A stretch of DNA of 64,000 bases, from NCBI GenBank assembly GCA_965197905.1, contig CBDAOB010000004.1, positions 1,824,001 through 1,888,000 of the forward strand, read 5' to 3'. Source of the stretch: Candidatus Latescibacterota bacterium (lineage in GTDB: Bacteria; Latescibacterota; UBA2968; UBA8231). A model generated the notes under the pieces. That model searched no databases. It was not told where the DNA came from and saw only the letters and a list, made by a program, of their open reading frames with translations. Both the position numbers and the translations under genes were made by a program. Positions within the stretch are counted from its first letter, which is position 1. Every line of letters begins with the position of its first letter. Shown here one piece after another: positions 33,395-42,721 of the stretch.

Positions 33395-35097
33395 TCATTC
33401 GCCCATCGTGCACGACAGCGAACGCAAACGGTTGAAGGCTGCAGCCAGCTCGTGGGGCCGAAACCGCGCCAGATCAGCCAATTCGATACCGCTCAGATGG
33501 TCCAACCCCTGTTCTGCCACCGCGTCGATCTCCTGGACAAGCTTGGCCATGTTCACAGACGGTCCGCAGTTCGTGACGCAATGCTCTAACGCGGCGGCGA
33601 TGGCCCGCGTCTGGCTGGAATCCACCACTTGTTCGGCGGCGCGCAGGTCGATGGCATCTTCGCCAAACAGGATCGTGTAGCGGTCGTTTGGTAGATCGCC
33701 CGGTCGCCCTTGCGCGGATCTAGCAGATCGAGTTGCAGCGACCGATGAGAGACCTCTTTCCATATACCACTTGACTCGCTTCGCCGTGGTGATGCGCATC
33801 GACGGGCTATGGAAGCGGCTTCGCCCGTCGCGTCTCGTGGTCTATAGTTCTCCATGACAATGACCGTGTCCGCGACCTCGAAAAAATCACCATTGCTGCC
33901 GGCCACGAGAATCGTGGAGACCCCAAACTGTTCGTACAGGGTTCTCAAGCGGTCAATCAAGGGAATGATCGGTTCGTTCTCGGGGTCTACAAGCTGCTGC
34001 ATGCGATGGTCCCGGGACATGAAGTTGGAAGCGCAGGTGTCTTCGTCGATCAACAACAGGCGTGCCCCAATCTCGATCGCTTCGACGGTTGCCGCCGCCT
34101 GAGAGGTGGAGCCGGACCCATTGGAGGTGGAGAAATTTCCCGTATTGGATCCATCGGGCAACAATCCGAAAAACGGAGAGATGTCCACCGACGTGATGCT
34201 GCGTCCATCTTCAGCTCGAATCTTGACCGCGGTCTCATCGGTTACAACCCATTCCCTGCCGTCACCAGGCACGTGGTTGTACACCCCGCGTTGCAGCGCC
34301 TGGAGTAAGGTTGATTTTCCGTGAAACCCGCCTCCGACGACAAGCGTTACACCCTGGGGGATTCCCATGCCATCTATCTTGCCGCCGTTGGGCGCGTCGA
34401 GTGAGAGGCGAAGGGACGGCGGCGATTGAAACGGAACCGTTCCATGCTCGGCCAACGGAGTCTGTTCGACGCCGGATCGCCTGGGCAGGACACTGCCATT
34501 GCCGACAAAAGCTACCAGGTGGTGGCGCTGCAGCTGGCGGCGGAGGCAATCGGCGTCTTCGTTCACGGCGGCATAGCGCGTCGCATTGGTTCGGACCGCT
34601 CCAGGGTCGATGAGCGACGACGCCACGATCGCAGGAATATCCTCGAAGATCATGGCCATAGCCTCGTGACCGCGCACGCTGCGGCCGGCGGCCGGCAACC
34701 CGACAAAGAAACGTGCTTCCACAGCGTCGTCGCGCAGCATTACGCAGGTTCGCTCGAGCATCTCCTGTCCGGGGGTATCGATGCCAATGAATCCACTCTT
34801 GCCCGAACCGCGCCGACGGCAAACGACCTGCGCCTGCTCGGAGAACTGCGACGCCAGAAAGCTACAGAAACCAGTGATGCGGCTGCGGTTGGCCCAGAGG
34901 GTTTCGGGGTACCCGCTCCGCTCCAAATCGAGGCGTACGCGGAAGCGGCTGGGAGCTGCAAACGGATCCCCCTGGACGTGATCGATCGACAGCAAATAAT
35001 CGTCAAAGGCGTAGCTGCCGCGGATTTGCTTGTAGGTTTTGTACCCCTGCCCGTCGATCTGGATGAGCAGGTCTTTTAACGTGGCGGGATTCGCCAT
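33395..35097 (-). CDS. ABC-ATPase domain protein (PF09818 type, MRB1590-like); frameshift at ~33688
   Basis: IDGQGYKTYK, DHVQGDPFAAPS, GSGKSG, LPAAGR, VGGGFHGKSTLL, KIRAEDGR, ASGST-like GSGSTSQAA, LIDEDTCASNFM. The C-terminus (TILFGEDAIDLRAAEQVVDSSQTRAIA...ARFRPHELAAAFNRLRSL) continues in another frame to 33395. Confidence 0.85.
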
Positions 35098-35116
35098 CTT
35101 GGAAAGCCTTTCGAAG

Positions 35117-35144
35117 TTGACACCTTGGGGCCGTACTCTATTAT
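35117..35144 (+). promoter_or_regulatory. sigma70-type promoter of the beta-barrel/TolB-like operon
   Basis: TTGACA - 16 bp - TATTAT. Confidence 0.55.
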
Positions 35145-35168
35145 AAAAACACAGCAGCATCCCACCCG

Positions 35169-35804
35169 ATGGAGAACTGTGGCAGGAACCTTTTGACGAT
35201 TATTCTCTTGGTGTTGCTGGCGGCAACACCCGGTCTTGCCCTCAAATCTTCGGTAGACCCTCAGAAGACACATCTAGTTATCAGCCCGACGCTGAGCTTT
35301 CCGGTCGGGAACTTCTCCGATATTGCCGGAGTCGGAGGAGGTCTGAGCGTCGACTACCGCCGCCCGCTCGACGCCAGCATCGAATTGACCGCAAGTGTGG
35401 GGGGCCTCCTGTTCGCCAAGAAGAAAGGGTCAGAACAGCTTCTCCCTATCGACGCCGGACTGAATGTTCCCACAAGCCTGGAGCTGGAATCCCGTCTCGG
35501 CACGGCCATTTTTCCGGCTAAGATCGGCGTTCGCTACATCGTCGATAACAATATCTTCCTCAAGCTGGAGTTAGGCGACCTCTACTCGCGGGTCGAACGG
35601 GAAGGCATCATCACGAGAGGCACGGAGAAGGGCGTCACGCTGGGACGAACGGAAACCAACTCCCACGGGTTACTCATCTCGATCGGTTTAGGGCTCGCCA
35701 GAGGAATGCACCGCGGCGGTCTCGAACTCAATTACTCGCTTCGCGGCAGCGGACCGCTCAATGACGGCGATCTGGCCTGGCTCGCCATTTTCTTTGGCAT
35801 TTAG
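35169..35804 (+). CDS. Outer-membrane beta-barrel-like protein
   Basis: Signal peptide; SFPVGNFSDIAGVGGGLSVDY, IFPAKIGVRY; amphipathic strands; C-terminal aromatic-rich strand. Confidence 0.65.
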   Translation: MENCGRNLLTIILLVLLAATPGLALKSSVDPQKTHLVISPTLSFPVGNFSDIAGVGGGLSVDYRRPLDASIELTASVGGLLFAKKKGSEQLLPIDAGLNVPTSLELESRLGTAIFPAKIGVRYIVDNNIFLKLELGDLYSRVEREGIITRGTEKGVTLGRTETNSHGLLISIGLGLARGMHRGGLELNYSLRGSGPLNDGDLAWLAIFFGI

Positions 35805-35810
35805 ACACCC

Positions 35811-38354
35811 ATGAAACAACGCAAAGCTGACCTCGGGTGGCTCATTCCGTGGGTCGTGCTGCTGCTAGGCGCACCCCACTGCGGCGAGCAATCGACCAAG
35901 TCACGTGACCTCATCCCCGACGACTACAGCAGTGAAGACCGAATCGCCTTTACCTCAGATCGGGACGGCGATTTCGATATCTATGCCATGAGCTCCGATG
36001 GCGAAGAGCAGTTTCGATTGACTCGCCACGAAGCGATGGACGGCGAACCCGATTGGTCTCCCGATGGCACGCGGCTGGCGTTTGTCTCCAACCGCGCCTT
36101 CAACAACGAGATCTATACCATGAACAGCGATGGCTCCGACGTGCGCAGGCTGACCGAGCACGACGCCGTTGACGGCAGTCCGGCTTGGTCTCCGGATGCA
36201 TCGCAGATTGCGTTCGTGTCTGACAGAGACCAAAACCTGGAGATCTACGCCGTAGATACGGCTTCCGGCGAAACGGACCGCGTGACCGACCACGAGGCCG
36301 ACGACGTCGAACCGGCGTGGTCCCCCGACGGACGACAGCTCTTGTTCGTCTCCGACAGGTCGGGAAACGCAGAAATCTACAGTGCCGATGCGGACGGCGG
36401 CAATCCGGTCAATCTGTCCCGTCACGACGCAGAGGAAGGATCACCTTCCTGGTCGCCGGACGGCAGCACCATTGCCTATCTATCCGACCGCGACGGGAAC
36501 AGCGACCTCTATCTGATGAACGCACAGTCGCCCGAGATCGAGCCTGTGAATCTGACCTACAACAGCGCATTCGACGGTTTTACGCCAAGCTGGTCACCTG
36601 ACAGCGAACAGCTGACGTTCGTTTCCAGCCGCAGCGGCAATAACGATTTCGAGATCTACTCGATGTTCGCGAAACCGCAACGATTTGTCGAGACACTCAA
36701 TCAGGCGGGTTTCCCCGCTTGGTCTCGCAACGGCAGCCGCCTGGCTGTGGTGGCGCAGGGAGATGTGAATACAGACATCTTCGTAACCGATTCCGACGGC
36801 ATCGAGATCGACAATTTGACCACCGACGCGGCGCACGAGCGGTTCCCGGCGTGGCACCCCGACGGCAGTGCCATCGCCTTTACCTCGGACCGCGATGGCA
36901 ACGATGAGATCTATTGGATGAGCTCCGACGGCATGGTTCCGTTCGAGCTGATAACGGACCCCGCCAAGGACTATGATCCGGTATGGTCGCCGAACGAATC
37001 GACCATCGCGTTCGTTTCCGACAGAGACGGAAACGCAGAGATCTATCTGGTCCGTTCCGGAGCCCAGGATGAGGCTACAAACCTGACCAACCATGCGGCT
37101 GAGGACCGCGATCCCGCCTGGTCACCGGACAGCGACCGGGTCGTCTTTGTGTCTGATCGCGACGGCAACGACGAACTCTACATTTTGACGCTGGCAGATT
37201 CCAGCCTCCTGCGCTTGACCAACAACACCCAGCGGGACGGTGCCCCCACATGGTCGCCGGACGGCAAAGAGATCGCCTTCACGTCCGACCGCGACGGTGT
37301 CGTCGATCTCTACAAGATCCAAGCGGACGCAACCTCCAGCGAGGCGATCAGGCTGACCGAGGATGGCGGGGTCGATGACCCTGTTTGGGCCCCGAAAAGA
37401 GCCGAGATAGCTTTCGTCTCCGATCGCGACGGCAACCTGGAGATCTTTTCCGTCGATGCGGATGGGGGCACGGCGGTCAATCTTTCCGATTCCCCCGGGG
37501 AAGATTACGCTCCAGCCTGGTTTCCCGACGGTTCGCTGTTGGTGTTCGTATCGGATCGCGACGGGCAATTGGATCTGTATCGGATGAAGAAAGACGGTGA
37601 CGAGGTCACGCGACTCACGGAGAACGAGGCCGAAGAGGATGCCCCGTCCTGGTCGCCCAGTGGTCTGCAGCTGGTATATGCTTCCGGCTTCACCGGCAAT
37701 CTCGATATCCATCTGATCGGTTCCCAGGGTTTGGTGCCCGTTCGCGTTACCGATAACCCGGGTGCGGACGTCTGTCCGACCTGGTCGTCGGACGGAACCC
37801 ACATCGCCTACGCGTCGAACCGGGACGGCAATTACGAGATCTATACCTCAAAGCTAGAATCGCTGCAGACAACCAACCTGACCTTGGCTGCGGCGGATGA
37901 CCTCTATCCGGCCTGGTCGCCCAACGGCAGGGAGATCCTCTTCGTTTCGAATCGGGACGGCAACACCGAGATCTACCTCATGAAAGCTGACGGTTCTAAC
38001 GTAGTGCGACTGACCAACAATCCCTCCGAGGACCTGTTTCCCACCTGGTCGCCCGACAACCAGGTGATTTTCGTGTCCGACCGGGACGGCCGCTTCGATC
38101 TGTATGGAATGGATCTCGTGCGCGGCGCGATGGACGACGTAACCGAAATGGATGGCGGTCCCATCGCGAGTCAGCGGCGACTCACCGACTTCGGCGTCAG
38201 CGCCAGTTCCTCCATTTCCTGGTATTCGGTCCGTGACATCGCCTTCGCTTCCGACCGCGACGGTGCCTCGAGAATCTACCTTCGCGACATCACGCCTGAA
38301 CGCCTGACTTCGAGCCGTGGATTCGACTGGAGTCCAACCTGGTCGCCGCGCTAG
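35811..38354 (+). CDS. TolB-like lipoprotein with 18 PD40 repeats
   Basis: Lipoprotein-like signal (LLLGAPH|C); 18 copies of PxWSPDGxxIAFxSDRDGNxEIY. Confidence 0.9.
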   Translation: MKQRKADLGWLIPWVVLLLGAPHCGEQSTKSRDLIPDDYSSEDRIAFTSDRDGDFDIYAMSSDGEEQFRLTRHEAMDGEPDWSPDGTRLAFVSNRAFNNEIYTMNSDGSDVRRLTEHDAVDGSPAWSPDASQIAFVSDRDQNLEIYAVDTASGETDRVTDHEADDVEPAWSPDGRQLLFVSDRSGNAEIYSADADGGNPVNLSRHDAEEGSPSWSPDGSTIAYLSDRDGNSDLYLMNAQSPEIEPVNLTYNSAFDGFTPSWSPDSEQLTFVSSRSGNNDFEIYSMFAKPQRFVETLNQAGFPAWSRNGSRLAVVAQGDVNTDIFVTDSDGIEIDNLTTDAAHERFPAWHPDGSAIAFTSDRDGNDEIYWMSSDGMVPFELITDPAKDYDPVWSPNESTIAFVSDRDGNAEIYLVRSGAQDEATNLTNHAAEDRDPAWSPDSDRVVFVSDRDGNDELYILTLADSSLLRLTNNTQRDGAPTWSPDGKEIAFTSDRDGVVDLYKIQADATSSEAIRLTEDGGVDDPVWAPKRAEIAFVSDRDGNLEIFSVDADGGTAVNLSDSPGEDYAPAWFPDGSLLVFVSDRDGQLDLYRMKKDGDEVTRLTENEAEEDAPSWSPSGLQLVYASGFTGNLDIHLIGSQGLVPVRVTDNPGADVCPTWSSDGTHIAYASNRDGNYEIYTSKLESLQTTNLTLAAADDLYPAWSPNGREILFVSNRDGNTEIYLMKADGSNVVRLTNNPSEDLFPTWSPDNQVIFVSDRDGRFDLYGMDLVRGAMDDVTEMDGGPIASQRRLTDFGVSASSSISWYSVRDIAFASDRDGASRIYLRDITPERLTSSRGFDWSPTWSPR

Positions 38355-39818
38355 CGGCGATCCTTCGCGGGCGTCAAGTCCCAACGAAGAGGTTCTCGAG
38401 GCCCAGGCCCGGGTCTGCACCGGTCCCCGCCAGGCGAGACCTCTCGGCCACCGTTCCGAAGACCCCGATCCGCACCGAATTCTCCAACTGATCCTGAAAT
38501 CGGCGCAAGGCGAAGCGGACGGTACCGCGGTGTCCCCGGCGCAGATGGGCGCTTTCTTCGCAGCCATGACCCTGCGCCGCACCTTCGCTCCGCCGACCAA
38601 CTGGAACGCGGCGGAGGAAGCGGCGTTTGCGCGATACGGCGACATGCTGCAGGCAGTGTTGCCCCCGGAAATCGGATTCTTGCTGCGCCCCCACAACGAG
38701 TTCAACCCTGCGGATGAGAACACCTGCCACCTCGTTGAGGCCCTGCGCACCATCCTTCGGGGTGACCACCTTTCCTACCTCGAAACCCGGCAGGTGCTGG
38801 AGATCATTCTTCACCAAGAGGTCCCGGCGGCGCTAGCTGTGGCGGTGTTGATAGGTCAGCGCATGAATCTGGAGAGCATCGAGGAAAGCCGGGCGTACCT
38901 GGATGTCCCAGGCGGACCGGAGGCGGCGGTCGCGGTCGAGCTTGAGTCCCTGACTCACTTGGGTGAGCCGTACGACGGTGCGAGGCGCTATTTCCGACCT
39001 TCGGTGTTTGTCGCTGCGGTTCGTGCGGCGTTGGGGCGGCCAACCGTGCTGCACGGTGTGGACGGCATGCCACCCCCAAATGGGGCGTGACCGACGAGCA
39101 GGTAGTACGTGCCCTGGGGGCCCGCACCGACCTCAACCTGGAGGATGCGAAAACGTTGCTTGAGGACCCCGAAGTGGGTTGGGTCTACATCAGCCAGCGC
39201 GAGTATGCCCCCGGTCTTTACCGGTTGCGGCAGCTGCGAGAACACATCAAGAAGAGGCCTCCGTGGGCGGCGACCGAGAAGGTGTGCCAACTGTTCAGGT
39301 GCGGCGCCAACGACTGCATGGTCGCCGGCATCTACCACCACGGCTACGACGACTCACTGCTGCAGCTGATGTGGGAGCGGGGTTTGAGTTCCGGGTTGGT
39401 AATGAAGGGAGAGGAGGGAAGCAGCTTCTACTCCCTGCGCCGGGGAAACCCATCTGCCCGCAGCACCATGGCGATGAATTACACCCGAGGATTCCGGCGT
39501 AGAGGGAGTCAGCGGTTTGATTTCACCCACGACGTCGATCCGCGTCAGTACGGTTTCGAATACGAGCTGAATCCACGGTTGACCGCGGTCACCGCAGCAG
39601 CGGTCGCCGCCACCGGTTCGGCGGCGTAAAATGGGGTCGAGGGGCACGGGTTCGATCGCATCGCCCTGAACGCAGGCCTGTTGGACTACTTTCTAGGATT
39701 CTCCGGCGATCCCCAGGGGTCGATTCAGGAAGCCCGCACCGCGATGGTGAATGGGCAGGCCGCGGCACGGCTGCAGGCGTATGTAGTGCGTGCGCCGGCC
39801 CGTGCGGCATCCGGCTAG
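38317..39818 (+). pseudogene. Anthranilate phosphoribosyltransferase-like (glycosyl transferase family 3, YbiB/TrpD2-like) gene, disrupted
   Basis: SPAQMGAFF, LGEPYDG, LHGVDGMPP|KWGVT (frameshift at C-run ~39073), LREHIKKRPPWAATEK, GIYH, KGEEG. In-frame TAA at 39627, after which FDRIALNAG...GQAAARL continues to TAG 39818. No good start codon. Confidence 0.75.
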
Positions 39819-39836
39819 GGTTAGCTGGATGGCGGC

Positions 39837-40652
39837 TCAGACAGGCTCAGAAAGTGCCACGGCGTAGGCCAATTGTAGAGCGAAGGCGATGGCGGTCGCG
39901 ACCCCGCAAACCCCCGCGCCAAGGTAGGCACCCAGGCCTTCCCGGCCGGGAAACCGCACGAAGATCGACGCTACCCCGTACCCCCCGGCGAACCCTCCCA
40001 AGTGAGCCCAATTGTCGATGCCGGGGAACACCAAGCCGAAAACGAAGAGGATACCTGCCCACTGCAGAAACTGCCGGGTGAACAACGAGCTTCCCGATCT
40101 CCGGCCGTATACGATCGCCGTTGCCAGCAGGCCGAAGATCGAACCCGAAGCACCCAAGGTGGCGTTGTGGCCCATCGTGGCCGACAGCCAGAAGCCCGCA
40201 ATCCCCGCCACCGTGAAGATGGTGAACAGGCGGAACGGTCCGAACAGTTCCTCGACCAAGGGACCCAGCTGCCGGACCCACATCATGTTGAAAAAGATGT
40301 GAAGCAATCCCCCGTGTAGATAAATGGCGGTGATGAGGGTCCACCAATGCCCGTACTGGTAGACCAACCCGCCGCCGGTCATACCAAACATCAGGTTCGC
40401 TTCGAAGCTGGGAGCGAGAATGCCCAGCATACCCCGAGATTGAAAAATCGCCGATGGGTCGCTAAGCAGCGCCAGCAGATATAGACCAACACATACGACG
40501 AGGATCAGATGGGGGAAATCGAGGCGCAAGCCGACCTTGCGCATAGCTGTGGTGAATCCCCACAACCCGGGTTTGGGTTGGCCACAATGCGGGCAGCTGG
40601 CGGCGTCATTACTGACGAGCTTGTGGCAACGAGGACAAAGGATGGCTGGCAT
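39837..40652 (-). CDS. Rhomboid intramembrane serine protease with N-terminal zinc ribbon
   Basis: CPRC...CPHC; WWTLITAIYLHGGLLHIFFNM, GASGSIFG, IDNWAHLGGF. Confidence 0.93.
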   Translation of the reverse strand: MPAILCPRCHKLVSNDAASCPHCGQPKPGLWGFTTAMRKVGLRLDFPHLILVVCVGLYLLALLSDPSAIFQSRGMLGILAPSFEANLMFGMTGGGLVYQYGHWWTLITAIYLHGGLLHIFFNMMWVRQLGPLVEELFGPFRLFTIFTVAGIAGFWLSATMGHNATLGASGSIFGLLATAIVYGRRSGSSLFTRQFLQWAGILFVFGLVFPGIDNWAHLGGFAGGYGVASIFVRFPGREGLGAYLGAGVCGVATAIAFALQLAYAVALSEPV

Positions 40653-40815
40653 AGTGAACAATCTTCATTGCGAGATTCGACTCGCGCGAACAATCTCGAT
40701 CCGGATTTCCCGGTTGGATCGAATATAGAGGCAGACCGCAGCCGGTTCCACACCGCCAGGTCATTGCGTCCCCATGGGGGCCGCCGTATTATGATCCGGT
40801 CCAACGAGGAGGGGG

Positions 40816-41607
40816 ATGCGACCTATCATCATCGGTGCCGGCAGGGGCCGCCGGTTGAACGCATTGACTGAGCGACAGCCGAAATGTTACGCCGAGGTCG
40901 GCGGCAAACGGATACTCGACTGGCTGCTGGAAGCGCTGCAGGATGCCGGCCTCGAGTCACCCGTTTTCGTAGGCGGTTATCAGATCGATCTGATACGGGA
41001 AGATTATCCGCATCTACAATTCTGCCACAACGAAGCTTGGCCCAACAACAACATCCTCGCGTCCCTGTTTTACGCTGAAGACCACATGCACGATGGGTTC
41101 GTCTGTTCCTACGCGGACATCCTCTTTCGGGGCAGCGTCGTGCGCCGGGCGCTGGAGCACCCAGGGGACATGGTCTTGTGCGTCGACAGCGGCTGGCGCA
41201 AACGCTATAGCGACAGAAGCCAGCATCCCGAGGAAGACGCCGAGAAGGTGATCGCCGACGGCGACAAGCTGCTGCGCATCGACCGAGCTATCCCAGCCGC
41301 GGAGGCCACCGGCGAATACATTGGTGTCGCCAAGTTCAGTTCCACCGCGGTATCATGGCTTCGCGGCCACCACGATCGGGTCAATATGATGTTCTCGGGG
41401 CGCGTCTGGAGAGACGGCGCGCCGTTCGAAAAATCCTACCTGATCCATCTTTTCCAGGAGATGATTGAACAGGGCCTGGAGTTTCATATGGTGACTACCA
41501 ACGGCGAGTACATGGAGATAGATACCGAGGAAGATTATGCGCTGGCCAACGCCGGTTGGCCCACCCGGTTTGTGCGACCCGAAGGCACTTCTTATGTCGA
41601 CGGTTGA
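40816..41607 (+). CDS. NTP transferase, phosphocholine/phosphonate cytidylyltransferase (LicC-like) family
   Basis: IIIGAGRGRRL..LT...PKC, VGGYQ, NNILASLF, SYADILF, GEYIGVAKFS, MEIDTEEDY. Confidence 0.85.
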   Translation: MRPIIIGAGRGRRLNALTERQPKCYAEVGGKRILDWLLEALQDAGLESPVFVGGYQIDLIREDYPHLQFCHNEAWPNNNILASLFYAEDHMHDGFVCSYADILFRGSVVRRALEHPGDMVLCVDSGWRKRYSDRSQHPEEDAEKVIADGDKLLRIDRAIPAAEATGEYIGVAKFSSTAVSWLRGHHDRVNMMFSGRVWRDGAPFEKSYLIHLFQEMIEQGLEFHMVTTNGEYMEIDTEEDYALANAGWPTRFVRPEGTSYVDG

Positions 41608-42673
41608 CAATTACGGAGTTCTCTTTCCCACCAGCGTGGTCGGGTCCATGCCGCGCCCCGACTTTGTGCGCGAGTTGCTGGCCCCTGGATCTGCAGCGTC
41701 GAATGCCCAGGCGCATCGCGCCATGAACACCGCTGTTGCCCATGTCGTGACCATGCAAGAAGTGGCCGGCCTCGACGTAGTCACCGACGGAGAGTGGCGC
41801 CGCGCTTCCTATATCGGTGTGATCGCCGAACTGGCGCATGGGTTTCAGGTCGGCACAAACCCGACAGACGGCAGGCCGTGGACGACCGTGGTAGAGAAGT
41901 TGGAGCCCAAGGCGCCAGGTTTCATTGCCGCAGAAGCCCGTTTCCTCAAAGGGGCAACCCGTAAACAGACAAAGATTACGCTGCCGGCGCCGGCTCTGCT
42001 GGGAGAACGGATGTGGGACCCTGAGCGGTCGCGTCAGGCCTACCCATCACGTCAGTCGTTCGTCGAGGCGTGTGTGCCGATCCTGCGGCGGGAGCTGGAG
42101 CTGGTGTGCGCGGAAGGGGTGGACGTGATCCAGATCGACGATCCCCACCTGTGCCTGTTTGTGGACCCCGAGGTCAGAAGCCGTTGCGAGGATGCCGAAG
42201 CCGAAGCCGATTTTTCGGTGGCCGCCAACAACGCGCTGATGGAAGGAATAGGGAGCGTCACGCGGGCGGTGCACCTCTGTCGCCGCGCTGGGGCTCGGGT
42301 ACGGGGCGAGGCTTTTTTTTCCGGCGGCTACGAGGCCATCAAGTCCCAAATCAATCGGTTGGAGGCAGACCACCTGACCATGGAGTTTGCCAGCCCTGCG
42401 GCGGGGACGCTCGAGGCACTGGCTGATTTGCGAGAGGATCTGGAGATCGGATTGGGGTGTGTTAGCGTCGAGCCCGGTGTGGTGGACACCAAAGAGACGA
42501 TCGTTTCCCGGGTTGAAGGCGCATTGGAGGTGTTGTCTCCGGAGCGGGTGGTTCTGAATCCGGATTGTGGGTTCGCTCCCGGATCGGCCGCGGTCGTCGA
42601 TGTCGAGGAGGTGTATCGAAAATTGAAACAGATGGTAGCAGCAGCCGAGATTCTGCGCGACCGATACGGTTAG
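41594..42673 (+). CDS. Cobalamin-independent methionine synthase II family (single catalytic barrel)
   Basis: TSVVGSMPRP, QEVAGLDVVTDGEWRR, IQIDDP, HLC, MEFA, NPDCGF; start at ATG41594. Confidence 0.88.
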   Translation: MSTVDNYGVLFPTSVVGSMPRPDFVRELLAPGSAASNAQAHRAMNTAVAHVVTMQEVAGLDVVTDGEWRRASYIGVIAELAHGFQVGTNPTDGRPWTTVVEKLEPKAPGFIAAEARFLKGATRKQTKITLPAPALLGERMWDPERSRQAYPSRQSFVEACVPILRRELELVCAEGVDVIQIDDPHLCLFVDPEVRSRCEDAEAEADFSVAANNALMEGIGSVTRAVHLCRRAGARVRGEAFFSGGYEAIKSQINRLEADHLTMEFASPAAGTLEALADLREDLEIGLGCVSVEPGVVDTKETIVSRVEGALEVLSPERVVLNPDCGFAPGSAAVVDVEEVYRKLKQMVAAAEILRDRYG

Positions 42674-42721
42674 AGCCACAGCTCCTTCTCCGCCGCGGGC
42701 GGTCGCGACGGCTCGTGTATC

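Noticed and set aside
35940..38350. Recurrent GA(C/T)CG(C/G)GACGGCAAC repeats as a possible CRISPR or tandem array
   Set aside because: They are degenerate codons of the PD40 'SDRDGN' protein repeat, in frame and ~130 bp apart; no constant repeat and no cas genes.
39627..39629. Genetic-code reassignment explaining the in-frame TAA and TAG
   Set aside because: TAA, TAG and TGA all terminate well-conserved genes in this window at their expected positions.
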